A DNA stretch of 64,000 nucleotides, taken from the NCBI GenBank assembly GCA_963798085.1, contig CAWCRS010000005.1:224001-288000 (forward strand), written 5' to 3'. The notes beneath the pieces are model-generated. The model searched no databases. It was given only the letters and a program-made list of their open reading frames with translations, and was not told where the DNA came from. A program made the position numbers and the translations under genes. Positions 46,970 to 58,410 of this stretch are shown in pieces. The first letter of the stretch is position 1, and every line of letters begins with the position of its first letter. The DNA comes from an uncultured Gemmatimonadales bacterium (GTDB lineage: Bacteria; Gemmatimonadota; Gemmatimonadetes; Longimicrobiales; RSA9).

Positions 46970-48430
46970 TCAGCGGGTCACGTAATCGCTGACGCGGATG
47001 CCGTACTCGTCGGGGTCGGCCGTCTTGAGCACGGACCGGCGAGGCTTGCCGGTGGCGGGGTCCATCTCATCGAGAGACGCGAGCAGCGGCAGCGCCAGTG
47101 TAAGGGCACTCGCGTCGGCCAGGATCTTCACGACCGGCTGGTGCAGCCTGGCGGGGTCGTCATTGCGGCGGATCACAATGGCCAGCTCGTGGGAATCGAG
47201 GATCACGAGCGAGCCCACCGGAAAGATCCCGGTGACATGGATGAGTGCCTTGACCAGCAGCGGGTCGTGGCCACGGGCCGGATTGTTGAGCATCTCCTGC
47301 AGCACTTCATCGGGCGTGGGCGGCTCGGGATCGTAGGCGCGCACGGAGGTGCCGGCATCGAACGCGTCGGCCAGCATGACGATGCGGGAGATGAGGCTCA
47401 TGCGGCGAGGCCGGCGGGAACGCGGATAGCCGGTCAGGTCCATCTTCATGTGGTGCTCGTAGGCCGCGATCATGGTGCGCCACGGTGCGACGCCCAGGCC
47501 GTGCATGCGGTAGACGAGCAGCAGGCCATCCGTGGGGTGCTCGCGAATGGCATCCCACTCGTTGCTGTCCAGCTTCCCCGCCTTGCGCAGCACCTCGCCC
47601 TTAACACGGAGTTTGCCGATGTCATGGAGCACGCCGGCCACGCCCAGCTCGACCAGGCGGGCATGCTCGAAGCCCAGCCGCTGACCCACGACCACGGCGA
47701 AGATGGCGACATTGACGGAGTGCTGGTACGTGTAGTCGTCGTGGTCGCGCAGGGTGGTCATGGCGATGATGGAGTCTTCGTTGGCCACGACCTGGTCCAC
47801 GATGGTTTCGACCGCGCGCCGGATGGGGCGCGCGTCAATGGCGCGGCCGAGGCGGGCATCGGTGAGCACGCCCTGCACGGTGTGGCAGGCCTGTCCGTAG
47901 ACTTCGCGCGCTCCCGCCAGTCGCTCCGCGCGACCCGCCGTATTCTCATCCTCGCGCAGTGCAGCCTGCGCAGTGGGTCGCAGCTCGAAGACCTTGCCGG
48001 GACCGTCTGCCAGACGGTGCGCGAGAGCGGGAAAAGCGTCGTCGCCTGCCGGGGCCGGCTGTTCCAGGGCCTCGAGGAGTGCGATCCACGCGCTGGCAGG
48101 CGCGTTCGCGGCCGCGTCGATCGCGCCGACACCGTGACGGCGCATGCGTTCGCCGAGGAACGACGCGGAGGCGAAATGGCCGAAGGAAAGACGCAGTCGC
48201 GTCTCGCCCAGGAAGAAGAAGCCGTCGACCATCTCAATGCTCAAGCGACCATCGCCAGCCGCAGCGCCCGCGGATGCGTCTTCCAGCTCCGCCAGCGCCC
48301 GGCCCACGGCGGCATTGCCGGACGGATACAGTCGCAGTGCCTGGCCCGAGCCCGCCAGCGCCTGCAGGAGCCGCAGTCCGGCGCGTTCGCGCACGGCGCG
48401 CAGTTCGTTGAGTTGCGTAGCGGCGTTCAT
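46970..48430 (-). CDS. HD-GYP cyclic-dinucleotide phosphodiesterase-like protein
   Basis: DDYTYQHSVNVA, LHDIGK, EHPTDG, YEHHMKMDLTGYP, LADAFDA, GIFPVGSLV. Confidence 0.9.
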   Translation of the reverse strand: MNAATQLNELRAVRERAGLRLLQALAGSGQALRLYPSGNAAVGRALAELEDASAGAAAGDGRLSIEMVDGFFFLGETRLRLSFGHFASASFLGERMRRHGVGAIDAAANAPASAWIALLEALEQPAPAGDDAFPALAHRLADGPGKVFELRPTAQAALREDENTAGRAERLAGAREVYGQACHTVQGVLTDARLGRAIDARPIRRAVETIVDQVVANEDSIIAMTTLRDHDDYTYQHSVNVAIFAVVVGQRLGFEHARLVELGVAGVLHDIGKLRVKGEVLRKAGKLDSNEWDAIREHPTDGLLLVYRMHGLGVAPWRTMIAAYEHHMKMDLTGYPRSRRPRRMSLISRIVMLADAFDAGTSVRAYDPEPPTPDEVLQEMLNNPARGHDPLLVKALIHVTGIFPVGSLVILDSHELAIVIRRNDDPARLHQPVVKILADASALTLALPLLASLDEMDPATGKPRRSVLKTADPDEYGIRVSDYVTR

Positions 48431-50157
48431 GCGCGGCGCGCGGTTCGTGGAGCTGGTTGCGTGCGCCGCGCGGCGGTGCGCACGATCGGGTCACTGTCGC
48501 CGGCTGCGGCGGCGAGGGCAGCGCTGACCGCAGGCGATGTTGCGGGCAGCGTGTTGAGCGCGAGGGCTGCGGCGGCACGGACCGAAGCACGCGCCGAGCG
48601 GAAAGGCCAGCGGCGTCGCGCCAGCATGCGGACCAGCCGGCGTACCGCGGCATCGGCATCCATGCGCAGCCACGCTTCCAGCAGAAGTGACTGCTCGGCG
48701 GCGGCGCGGTTGTGCAGTGCGCGGCTGCGTGCGGCTCTGCGCGTCGCTTCGCGCACCGGTGTGGTCCAGCCATGGGCTGCGGCAATGCCGCGCAGCGCTT
48801 CGAGTCGCACGCCCGCGTCATCATCATCCAGACGCAGTGCGAGTGATTCCAGCGCCTTGACACCGCCCAGCGTGGCCAGTGCCTGAGCGGCGGCGCGGCG
48901 CACAGCCGCGGCGTCGCGATCCAGCAGTGCAACCAGGGCGGGCACGCTGCCCGCCAGACGCCGCAGCGCCGCCACGCCCGCCGCGGCGATCACGACTTCG
49001 GACGAAGGGTCGGCCAGCAACCCTGACAGCATGTTATCGTCGGCGCCCACCAGCGCGGCGGCCGCCTGACGCAGCCGTTCCGCCGCATCCGCGGAGCTGG
49101 CACGTCCGGCCGCCGAGAACAGAGCGGCCGCTGCCGCCGGCGGCAGCCTGCGCAGCAACGCCGCGCCCGCCTCGATGTCCGGCCCCTCCGCCCCGGCAAG
49201 ACGATCCAGCAATGGTTCCAGCACCTCGGGTGTCGCCAGTTGTTCTACCAGATGCTCGGCGCGCTCGCGTGCGGCGTCGTCCAGCTGCCCGCCTTCCATG
49301 GCGCCGACAACACCATCCAGCACGCGCGCGCCATCGCCGAGCGCGCCCTGCGCAAGGTCGAGCAGCAGCAGCTCCTCGAGAATCTCGAGCACCTCCTGTT
49401 GCCTTGCCGCATCGCCGTCTTCCAGCCGATCCAGCAGCGCCGCTTCCACCTCGGGACACAGCGTGCGAGTCCATTCCTCGTCCGCCTCACGCTGCAGTGC
49501 GTCCAGCTCGTCCGCATCGAGGAAGTACGTCGTCGCCTCGAAGTCCTGCTTCGAGAGGCTGGTCTGCGACGGCCTGCTCGCGACCGTACCCGCGCCCAGC
49601 TGGGGATCCGCCCATTCCCGCTCGGGCAGATCGATCGGCGGAAAGCCTGCGCCGCCGGCACCACCGGCGCCGCTGCCGTCACCTTCCCCGGTTGCGTTCT
49701 CGAGGGTCTCCGTGTCACCGCCGGGGGCGAGGACGCGCACCCGAATGCGTGTGAACCCGGCGTTCCACAGGCGAGCGACCAGATCGGTTTCCGCGGCACT
49801 CGCCGGCGGCGAAAGCGCACCGACGAGCACTTCGGTTTCGCGCTCGGCGCCACGCTCGAAAACCAGCGCGCGCACGCCGTCGCGATACAGACGGTCACCG
49901 AGCGAGCCGGGCCCTGCATCCTGAGGAAAGCGTTCGAGCCCCGCGAAGAAGACACCGCCGGGCTCGAGGCCGAACTCGATGGCGGGAAGTTGCTCGAGCG
50001 CGGCCGCTATGGCCGACTGCAGCTCCGCCAGCGCGCGCACCACGGGCGTGCGGCCCGGCGGATACATGCGCACGGCGCGCACGGCGCGATCCAGCGCGCG
50101 AACCAGCCGTCCCTCTACCTCTGCACTCAACCTGAAGTCGCCTCGAATGTGGCTCAC
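48427..50157 (-). CDS. HEAT-repeat protein
   Basis: VRMYPPG N-terminal domain; repeats LLADPSSEVV, LLDRDAAAVRRAAAQALA, LDDDDAGVRLEAL, DSDPIVRTAA. ATGA-coupled to HD-GYP. Confidence 0.82.
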   Translation of the reverse strand: MSHIRGDFRLSAEVEGRLVRALDRAVRAVRMYPPGRTPVVRALAELQSAIAAALEQLPAIEFGLEPGGVFFAGLERFPQDAGPGSLGDRLYRDGVRALVFERGAERETEVLVGALSPPASAAETDLVARLWNAGFTRIRVRVLAPGGDTETLENATGEGDGSGAGGAGGAGFPPIDLPEREWADPQLGAGTVASRPSQTSLSKQDFEATTYFLDADELDALQREADEEWTRTLCPEVEAALLDRLEDGDAARQQEVLEILEELLLLDLAQGALGDGARVLDGVVGAMEGGQLDDAARERAEHLVEQLATPEVLEPLLDRLAGAEGPDIEAGAALLRRLPPAAAAALFSAAGRASSADAAERLRQAAAALVGADDNMLSGLLADPSSEVVIAAAGVAALRRLAGSVPALVALLDRDAAAVRRAAAQALATLGGVKALESLALRLDDDDAGVRLEALRGIAAAHGWTTPVREATRRAARSRALHNRAAAEQSLLLEAWLRMDADAAVRRLVRMLARRRWPFRSARASVRAAAALALNTLPATSPAVSAALAAAAGDSDPIVRTAARRTQPAPRTARRA

Positions 50158-50279
50158 GAAAGCCGATGACGCCGTCCCCCGATGCGACGACGGATCGCTT
50201 CGGTTTCGCGACTATCAGCTTCGGCCGCGCTCACACCGGCATGTGTAGGGCAATGCGGAGCCGGCGGCGGGGGATCGCC

Positions 50280-51312
50280 TTACGGACCGGCGGCGGGAGA
50301 ATCGGAAACGCCCTGGAATGGATCGGGCATGGCGGGATCCACACCCAGCACACGGGCCATGGCTTCGACACTGCGGTCCGTCAGGAACTCGACCCACAGC
50401 GGGAAGTGGTCGCTCACGCGAAAGGACATCTCCTGCGGCGTCAGCTCCGGGAACACCGCATGCACGAAATCGACGACGCCCGCACGGCCCTGTGTGAGCA
50501 GCTTGAAGTCATCGCGGAACCACGCGATCTGGTCGTAGTACTTCGCCGTGGTGCCGTACGTGCTCTTCTGCGTGCGGATCGCTTCCGGCACCCACAGGCC
50601 GGTCTCGACGAACGCGTCGAACAGCGGGTTACCGGTGCGCTCGTCGATGTTGAAGTCGCCCAGCACAATGAGGTTCACCTCTTCCGAACCGGCGGTGCGC
50701 GAACGGTCACGGACCTCCGCTGCCGTGAAGCGCGCGAGCGCGCGCAGTTCGGGAATGCGCTCCGCGGGCACTCCGCCGTAGTGGATGTGTGCGGTGAGCA
50801 GGGCGAAGCGCTCCTCGGCCGCACGGAAGCCCACCATGTAGGGCGTGCGGTCGAACTGCGTCATGGGATCGCCGCTGGGACCGGGCGGCAGCACGATCTC
50901 ACCGGCCAGTCCCGAGAGCTGCACGCGGCGCCGGTCATAGATGAACGCCAGCCGCTCCGCATTGCCCGCGGTGCCGGCCGTCACATTGCTCGATCAGCAC
51001 GCCCCAGTGTGCACCCAGAAAGTCATCCAGCAGCATGCGGATCGCGCGCGTATTGCGCTTCACTTCCTGGATGGCCACCACATTGAAGCGCTGCACGATC
51101 TCCGCGATGGCGGCCATGGCGCGCAGGTTGCGCTTGGGTGAGCCCGCATTCTCGTCCCACGATTCGAACACGTCTGCGAAGGCACGCAGATTCCACGTGG
51201 CTACCAGAATGTTCCAGTCCGTACGCCGGGGCGGGATCACGCCGCTGTCCAGACGCCGGCGCAGACGCACCACATCCTCGACTGCCTTCCGTGAATACTC
51301 CGCGTAATTCAT
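50280..51312 (-). CDS. Endonuclease/exonuclease/phosphatase (EEP) family protein; 1-nt frameshift at ~50991
   Basis: VATWNLRAF, VVAIQEV, GNAERLAFIYD, AHIHYG, IVLGDFN, YDQIAW, VSDHFPLWVEF across two frames. Confidence 0.88.
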
Positions 51313-51363
51313 CGCGCCACCCGTGTTATCCGAACTGCTCGCAGCCGGCGCGTCCGCACCGGC

Positions 51364-53025
51364 TCAATTGCCGCCGCGCGATGGCAACGTCACGCGCGTT
51401 GTGTCATCGGTCGTGCGGCGGCCCCGGGGACACGTGTCCGGCCAGCCGGCGGGACCACCGCGGCCACCGCGGCCCTGCGCCATCTGACTGGCATTGGCAC
51501 GCTCCCGCGAGATGAAATCGGGATCCTCCGATGCAAGGTAGACCAGCATGGCGGTGATAGTTGCGTTTCCCTTCAATTCGTCAAACACCACCTTATCGAA
51601 GGTGTCACGATTGGTGTGGTGCGTGTACGGATTGTAGTCCCAGCTCACCGAGCTGAGGCCGAACGCAGGCAGGCCGTAGCAGTCGAAGGAGGCGTGGTCC
51701 GTGCCGCCGCTGGCCGGACCACCGATGCCGCCCATGCGCACCTGGTCCTGGAATTCACGCGGCAGCTGCGCCAGCCACTTCTGCAGATGCGCCGCGCCGT
51801 CGGGCAGGCCGGCGCCGCTCGTGTTCTGGATGCGGCCCGTGCCGTTGTCCTGATTGAAAAGCGCGGCCAGTCCCTTGCGGATCTCCGGATGATCGAACGC
51901 GAACGCCTGCGAGCCGATCAGCCCCTGCTCCTCCCCGCTCCAGTGCGCGGACACGATGGTGCGCCGCGGGTTCGGATACACCTGGCGCAGGATGCGCATG
52001 GCCTCGAGCATGACAATGGTGCCCGTGCCGTTGTCGGTGGCGCCCGATGCCGCGTCCCAGGAGTCGAAGTGCGACGACAGCATCACGTACTCGTCGGGCT
52101 TCGCCCGCCCTTTCACTGTAGCGATCGTGTTAGCCACAGGCACCTCGCCCAGGGCCTCGGCGTCCGTGTTCACGCGCAGCACTGCGCCCTGGTTCCGCTC
52201 GGTGAGACGGAACAGCAGACCATAGTCCTCACAACTCATGGTTATCGCCGGCGCCACCCTGTTCTGCGTCTGCGCCACCGTGTACGTGCCCCAGCCGTCC
52301 ACGGCTGATGTCGTGATGATGCCGGCGGCGCCCGCCTGCTCGAGACGCTCGTTGAGCGAGAGCCGCGGCCGTCCCGCATCGGGTGCGGCACCTCGCCCGC
52401 CCCGCCCGAAATTCACGCCCGTCCCTTCCAGCCGCTGCGCGAACGCGCCCGAGTACTGCGCGTTCACCGAGTCCAGCCGCTGCAGTTCGCCCGGCGCTGC
52501 GATCTGCTCCCACTCCGAGCGCGGCCGGCACGACGCCTTCGGCGGCGACATCAGCACGAACCGGCCCTTCACTGAGGGCAGCCATTTCAGAAATGCCATG
52601 CTGTCCTGCAACACCGGAATCAGCACCGCGGCGCCTGTCACATCCCTGCCCTTGGTGCTGGGACTCCATGGCAGCATCAGCGCATCCAGCGTGCGCGCGC
52701 GCGGCGCGATCAGATCCACGTGCGTGTGGCCGCGCCGCCAACCGCGCCAGGTTCCGTACGGTTCGTTCTTCGCTTCGATGCCCCAGGACCGGTAGGTCTT
52801 CACCAGCCAGTCGTTGCCCGCCTTCTGTCCCGGGCTGCCTGTCAGGCGAGGACCGATCGAGTCGAACAGGGCCTGCGCCATGTCCCACGTTTTCGAGCTG
52901 TCCATCCCCAGAGCCCAGATGCGCTTCAGCACCGGGTCGTTCGTGGTGAAGGTCTGCGCACGCGCGCGACTCGCGGGAACGAGCAGCGCGCCGGCAATCA
53001 GCAGCAACAGGGATTTGCGCGACAT
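51364..53025 (-). CDS. Secreted M28-family metallo-aminopeptidase
   Basis: Signal ARA-Q; DSIGPRLTGSP, SSHFDSWD, GATDNGTG, WSGEEQGLIGS, GTDHASF, HHTNRDT. Confidence 0.92.
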   Translation of the reverse strand: MSRKSLLLLIAGALLVPASRARAQTFTTNDPVLKRIWALGMDSSKTWDMAQALFDSIGPRLTGSPGQKAGNDWLVKTYRSWGIEAKNEPYGTWRGWRRGHTHVDLIAPRARTLDALMLPWSPSTKGRDVTGAAVLIPVLQDSMAFLKWLPSVKGRFVLMSPPKASCRPRSEWEQIAAPGELQRLDSVNAQYSGAFAQRLEGTGVNFGRGGRGAAPDAGRPRLSLNERLEQAGAAGIITTSAVDGWGTYTVAQTQNRVAPAITMSCEDYGLLFRLTERNQGAVLRVNTDAEALGEVPVANTIATVKGRAKPDEYVMLSSHFDSWDAASGATDNGTGTIVMLEAMRILRQVYPNPRRTIVSAHWSGEEQGLIGSQAFAFDHPEIRKGLAALFNQDNGTGRIQNTSGAGLPDGAAHLQKWLAQLPREFQDQVRMGGIGGPASGGTDHASFDCYGLPAFGLSSVSWDYNPYTHHTNRDTFDKVVFDELKGNATITAMLVYLASEDPDFISRERANASQMAQGRGGRGGPAGWPDTCPRGRRTTDDTTRVTLPSRGGN

Positions 53026-53276
53026 GGCCGTGACAGTGTTGGAGGGATGCGCGACCCGCTGCGCGCATGCGATGCCGCAGCGCGCGGCTTCACTCGCAGC
53101 GTGGCAGTCGATTCTGTCTGATTGCGACCGCGGGCGCAAGGAAGGGCCGCAGAGCCAGCTTCCGTCGCGACGTTTGTACGACGGTGGCCGGCAGTGAATC
53201 ATGCATCCTGAGCGCGGTTCCGCGCTGCCCGGACAGCGTCGCGGCAGACGCTGGCCGCGCCGCCGTGACGCTCGTG

Positions 53277-53951
53277 TCACGCAGGCTTTCCGGTAGCCGG
53301 CATGGACTGCGCGACGCCCAGGTAGCGCAGCACCAGGTTCGTCAGGTCCTCGATGAGCACATCCGTCGGTACGGCGTAGAAGTGTGGCGTGCGCGGCGCC
53401 AGCACGACGATCCGCAGCACGGAAATCAGCGCCGTCCACACGAAGTCCATGCCGTGCGCCGCATCCGGATAACCGAGCTGTTCCCGATGCGTCTCCAGCA
53501 GCTGGCGGCAGTACTGCAGCGCCGCACCGCGCATCTGTTCGACGCGCCGGCGAAAACGCGGATCCGGGTGCTGCTCCGCGTAGGCGAGCAGCGCCGCCAG
53601 CCGGCGTCGGTGCTGCACGTAGTGGCGCACGGTTCCGGCAATCAGCGCCGTGAGCGCGTCGTGCAGGCTCACGTCCTTCCAGCGCTCCGGGGCGAGGACG
53701 CGCGCGTTGTCTGCCTCGGCTCGCCGGCAGAAGCGCAGGAACACGGCGCGCAGCAGGGCATCCTTGTCCGCGAAGCGCTTGTACACGTTGCCCACGGACA
53801 TGCCGGCGCGCTCGGCAATGGCCGGTACGGTGGCCGCTTCCAGCCCACCCTTGCCGAGCAGCGCTTCGGTGGCATCGAGCAGGCGGTCCGTGCTTCGTTT
53901 CGCCTGGGCGGCGCCGCGCGTGGCAGTCTGTGCTGCGCCCTGGTTCGCCAT
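53277..53951 (-). CDS. TetR-family transcriptional regulator
   Basis: LLDATEALLGKGGLEAATVPAIAERAGMSVGNVYKRFADKDALL. Confidence 0.92.
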   Translation of the reverse strand: MANQGAAQTATRGAAQAKRSTDRLLDATEALLGKGGLEAATVPAIAERAGMSVGNVYKRFADKDALLRAVFLRFCRRAEADNARVLAPERWKDVSLHDALTALIAGTVRHYVQHRRRLAALLAYAEQHPDPRFRRRVEQMRGAALQYCRQLLETHREQLGYPDAAHGMDFVWTALISVLRIVVLAPRTPHFYAVPTDVLIEDLTNLVLRYLGVAQSMPATGKPA

Positions 53952-54045
53952 TGGGTTCCTCCTTGACCCTTGCTCAGGTGAACACAGATTCACCCGACCA
54001 GTGAATCATGGTTCACCAGGCGCCGACGCGCCAGTGCGAGGTCGC

Positions 54046-56144
54046 ATGGATCCCGCTGACTCCAAACCGGCCGCCGCCAGTCCCGTAGGCCTGCCGGCCA
54101 CGCTCGCCGGCTTCCACGATGTGGCCGACTTCCGCATCATCGTCAACGAGGAGACGCTCGGTCAGGCGCATTCCGAGTGGCGCGCCGATGGTTCCTTCAA
54201 CGCGTGGAGCCGCATCAGTCTGGCGGACCAGTCCATCGAGCACACCCTGCGGGTCACGCCCGACGATCGGGGCTGCTGGCGGGAAATCGTGGCGGTCGGA
54301 CCCAATGGCGTGCGCACGAGTGTGCGTGAGGGCACGCAGGTCCGGCGCACCGCGCGCGTGGGCGACCGCGAGCAGAACAGCGCCTTCGAGATGCCCGCCG
54401 GTGCGCTGCTGTTCGATGCCAGTGCGCCCGCGCTCATGGCACAGGCTGTTGGCCTGTATGACAGCGAGCGCGGCGGCGTGCAGGCCTTCCCCCTGCTGGT
54501 GGGCGGACGGCCGCCGGTGACGCTGCAGCTGGAGGCGGGCGCGACCACGCTGCACCTCGTCAATGGCAGGGACACCCCGCTTTCGTGTTACCGCTACGCC
54601 ATCCCGGGCGCGGATTTTCTGGTGTGGGCGGACGCGGGCGGCCGCGTCATGGCGGGGCACTGGCCGCGCAGAATATGGCGTTAGTGCGCGCCGGCTGCGT
54701 GCTGCGCCCCGCTCCGGCCGCTGGCGCCGCCATGCTGTCGGCTCCCGACCGCGAGGTCAGCATCCAGCGCGCCGTGGCCATACCCATGCGCGACGGCCTG
54801 TCTCTGCTGACCGACATCTATCGCCCGGTCGGCCTCGAACGTGCCCCCGTGGTGCTGGTGCGCACGCCCTATCGACGGCAGTTGTGCGAACTGCAGGCGA
54901 TGTACTACGCACGCCGCGGCTACGTCTACGCGGCGCAGGACTGTCGCGGCTGTTTTGATTCGCCCGGCGAATGGGAACCGTTCGTGCACGAAGGTCGCGA
55001 TGGTTTCGACACCATCGAGTGGCTGGCAGCGCAGTCATGGACCGATGGCCGCGTGGGCATGATTGGCGGGTCCTGCCTGGGGCTGGCGCAGTGGCTCGCG
55101 GCCGCCGAGCGGCCGCCCCATCTGGTCACCATCATTCCCAATGTTTCACCCACGGATCCCTTCTACAACCTGCCGTACGAGTACGGCGTGTTCTGTCTGC
55201 TGGGCACGCTGTGGTGGGCGGAGGTAATGGAGACGCGCGCCGGCGCAGACATCTCCGGTGTCGCGCTGAGCCGCGTCGGGCAGAAGCGCTATCTGACGCT
55301 GCTGCGCGCCCTGCCTGTTGTCGATCTGGATGTGGCCACGCTGGGGCACGCGAACGCGTGCTGGCGCCGCTGGATCGAGCATCCCACCGAAGATGCGTAC
55401 TGGCAGAGCGCCTGTTTCCTCGAGCGGCTGGCGCATGTGGACATCCCCGTCTTCCATCAGTCGGGCTGGCATGACGACAACGGCCTCGGCACGAAGCTGA
55501 ACTATCAGCGCATGGCCGCCAGCGGGCACGGCTTCCAGAAGCTGACACTGGGACCGTGGGGCCACACGGACACGGCGGTGCGCATGGTCGGCGATCGTGA
55601 TTTCGGTGAAGGCGCCCTGCTCGACCTGCCGCGTGAGTATCTGCGCTGGTTCGACCGCTGGCTCAAGGGCGCGGTGCACGAGTACAGGCAGCGCATGGCG
55701 GCCGAGCGCATGGACAATCTGATCTACGACACGGAACCGCTCACCGAGGCGCTCACCTTCGCCGGTCCCATCTCCGCCGTGCTCTACGCCTCGACGACCG
55801 CGCGCGATACGGACTGGTTCCTCACGCTCAGCGAGATCACCGCGGATGGCACGATCCGCCGGCTGGTCCAGGGCAGGCTGCGGGCGCGCTTCCGCAATTC
55901 GATGAAAGCACCCGAGCTGCTCGTTGCTGACGCGGTGTTTGCCTGCGCCATCGACCTCTGGCACACCGGTGTCAGCCTGCCGCCCGGCTCCCGCCTGCGA
56001 CTGGAAGTGGCCAGTGCCGCATTTCCCATGTTCTCGCGTAATCTCAACACCGGCGGCCACAATGAAACGGACACCGCGTACGTGAGCGCGCGCCAGACCG
56101 TGTACCATGACGCCGCGCGGCCGTCACACATTGTGCTGCCGTGA
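54046..56144 (+). pseudogene. CocE/NonD-family hydrolase with N-terminal extension; frameshift at ~54665 and apparent internal deletion at ~55671
   Basis: IPMRDG, LVRTPY, QDCRG, DGFDTIEW, GMIGGSCLG (usually GxSYxG), GPWGH. WFDRWLKG runs almost straight into the C-terminal domain (DNLIYDTEPL...RNLNTG) without the usual intervening segment. Confidence 0.6.
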
Positions 56145-56301
56145 TCCCGCTCGCCTGACTCCGGCAGCGCGCCTCGCCCTGCCCCGTTCGCAGCGTCCCG
56201 TGCAGGGTGACGGGAACGACTTCATCACGCCCTGCCCCACAACAGTCCCGCGCGCGTTGCCCGCAGCGCCGTCACCGGCATTCTGATTCCGCGACATTAA
56301 C

Positions 56302-57138
56302 ATGGAGGCGTGCATGCGCGTGCCACGGCGGCTGGCGAGTGGAAGTCGTGTGTTGTATGCGACGACGTTCGTACTGCTTGCGTCCGCTCCGCCGGCGCTC
56401 GCGCAAGGCACGGACACGGCGACGGCAATCGTGCTGCTTCCCGGCGCGGAGCTGAACACCGCCCGCCTCGCGCCACCGTGGAGCAACCGCTGGCGCATTA
56501 CCTACCAGCTGCCGGATGGCCGGGAAGTTCCGGGTGGCGCCACACGCGTTGCGCTGTGGTACGACAGCGTGGGTCTGGTCACGGAGGGCGGCCGGCAGCT
56601 GCTGCATCGCAGGCAGGTCCTGTACAACCCCGCAAACACGCTGCTCGAAACCATCGACAACTGGGTGGATCCGCACACCCTGGCGCCGGTGCGCACGCAG
56701 ACGCGGTATCCCGCGTCCGGTGTTTCCCTGCGCACGTACGATGGCGCACACGTCACCGGTAGCGACCCGGATACTTCGGCTGCGGATGGCGTGCGGCGCA
56801 TCAATGTCACGCTCGCCCAAGCTCCCTTCGACTTCTTCGGCGGCCTCTACGACGTGCTCATCGCGGCCCTGCCGCTGCGCGCCGGCTACGTCGCGCGCAT
56901 TCCCGCCGACTACAGCGGCGCCCCCGGGGGTGCGGCATTGCAGTGGGTCACGCTGCGCGTGCTCGGCCGCGAACAGCTGGCCGCCTACAGTGGCGGGCCT
57001 GCCTCCGTCTGGCACGTCGAGACCGGCGCGACACCTATGGGCCGTTTCGCGTTCTGGGTCACGGAGCAGCCGCCGCATCTGGTACGCATGTGGTACATCG
57101 GGCCGCGCGGCGGAAAGCAGATCTGGAACGTCGGCTGA
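56302..57138 (+). CDS. Secreted hypothetical protein (DUF3108-like)
   Basis: Signal ALA-Q; LLPGAELNTARL, TLAPV, DVLIAALPLRAGYVARIP; resembles 16977-17699. Start may be 56314. Confidence 0.65.
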   Translation: MEACMRVPRRLASGSRVLYATTFVLLASAPPALAQGTDTATAIVLLPGAELNTARLAPPWSNRWRITYQLPDGREVPGGATRVALWYDSVGLVTEGGRQLLHRRQVLYNPANTLLETIDNWVDPHTLAPVRTQTRYPASGVSLRTYDGAHVTGSDPDTSAADGVRRINVTLAQAPFDFFGGLYDVLIAALPLRAGYVARIPADYSGAPGGAALQWVTLRVLGREQLAAYSGGPASVWHVETGATPMGRFAFWVTEQPPHLVRMWYIGPRGGKQIWNVG

Positions 57139-57303
57139 ACCCCGTCACTGCGGCGGTACTCGCACCGCAACATCGCGTTACCCGCGCCCGCATCGTCTGT
57201 CAGGCAATCACCGACGCGGCGACGGGATGCGGCGGCTGGCGCGACCCGGCCGGATTGTCCATCGTCGCTCCGGGTGCTGTACGCGTGTCAGACGGAGGCC
57301 GCT

Positions 57304-58170
57304 GTGAAGACGTGGCTGAAGCTGGGTGGGGGTACGGCAGCCGGAGCTGCGACCGCGGCACTCGTTGCGCTCGCCGGCGGCACGCTGTTGTGGAACCGCG
57401 CCACCAGCCGCGCCGTTCGGCGACTCGATTCGCTGGCGGGTGCCGCAGGCGTTCGGCGTAATGCCGTGTTTGAGCCTCGTCGCCTGGAAGGCCTGCCCCC
57501 GCCTGTGGTGCGCTACTTCCAGTTCGCACTCACGCCCGGCCTGCCGCTGGTTCTGCGGGCGCGCATCCGTCATCAGGGCGAGTTCTGGACGAAGCCCGGC
57601 GGGACCGCCAGTCCGTTCCGGTCGCTGCAGCATTTCGCGGCGAGTCCGCCCGGCTTCGTGTGGGATGCCGACATCCGCATGGCGCCCATGCTCCATGCAC
57701 GCGTGCGCGACAGCTATCTCAATGGCGAGGGCGCCATGCTGGGACGGCTGGGCGGCGTGGTGCCGATCGTGAATCAGCGGGGCACACCGTCCATCGCCGC
57801 CGGAGCGCTCGTGCGCTGGCTCGCCGAAGCGGTCTGGTTCCCCACCGCGCTGCTGCCCGGCCCCGCCGTGTCCTGGTCCGCCATCGATGACAGCACGGCG
57901 CGCGTAACCTTGCGTGATGGCCGCAATACCGTGTGGCTGGACGCGCATTTCGGCGAGCGTGGCGAGATCGCCCGGGTCTCCACGATGCGCGATCGGGATG
58001 TCAACGGTGTCGGCGTTCCCACGCCATGGTCTGCCGTACACCTCGACTATCAGCGCGTGCACGGCATGATGATCCCCATGGCGGGCGAAGTCACCTGGTC
58101 TCTGCCCGAAGGACCGTACCTGTACTGGCGAGGTCGCATTCGCGAGGCCAGCTACGAGCTTGCCCGCTGA
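57304..58170 (+). CDS. Conserved hypothetical membrane-anchored protein (DUF6544-like)
   Basis: RBS GGAGG + GTG; LEGLPPPVVRYF, PPGFVWDA, VRDSYLNGEG, RWLAEAVWFPTALLP. Confidence 0.75.
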   Translation: MKTWLKLGGGTAAGAATAALVALAGGTLLWNRATSRAVRRLDSLAGAAGVRRNAVFEPRRLEGLPPPVVRYFQFALTPGLPLVLRARIRHQGEFWTKPGGTASPFRSLQHFAASPPGFVWDADIRMAPMLHARVRDSYLNGEGAMLGRLGGVVPIVNQRGTPSIAAGALVRWLAEAVWFPTALLPGPAVSWSAIDDSTARVTLRDGRNTVWLDAHFGERGEIARVSTMRDRDVNGVGVPTPWSAVHLDYQRVHGMMIPMAGEVTWSLPEGPYLYWRGRIREASYELAR

Positions 58171-58410
58171 GCCAGCCGCACGGGCAAGCCTCGGCAACGC
58201 CAACCAGCCGACGCCCGAACCTGCATCGCCTGCCTGATGCGATCATCCTGGACGCCGGGCAGAGTTCCGTAGTGCGCGCAGGGCGGACCGCGGCTCCAGC
58301 CGTCTCGCCCCGCTGATTGTCTGCACCCATACTACCAGGGCGGCGCCGGCCGGCCGCGGCAACGCCGGCAAGGATCTGCGCGCCAATTCACCTCGCACTG
58401 GAGGACTGTC

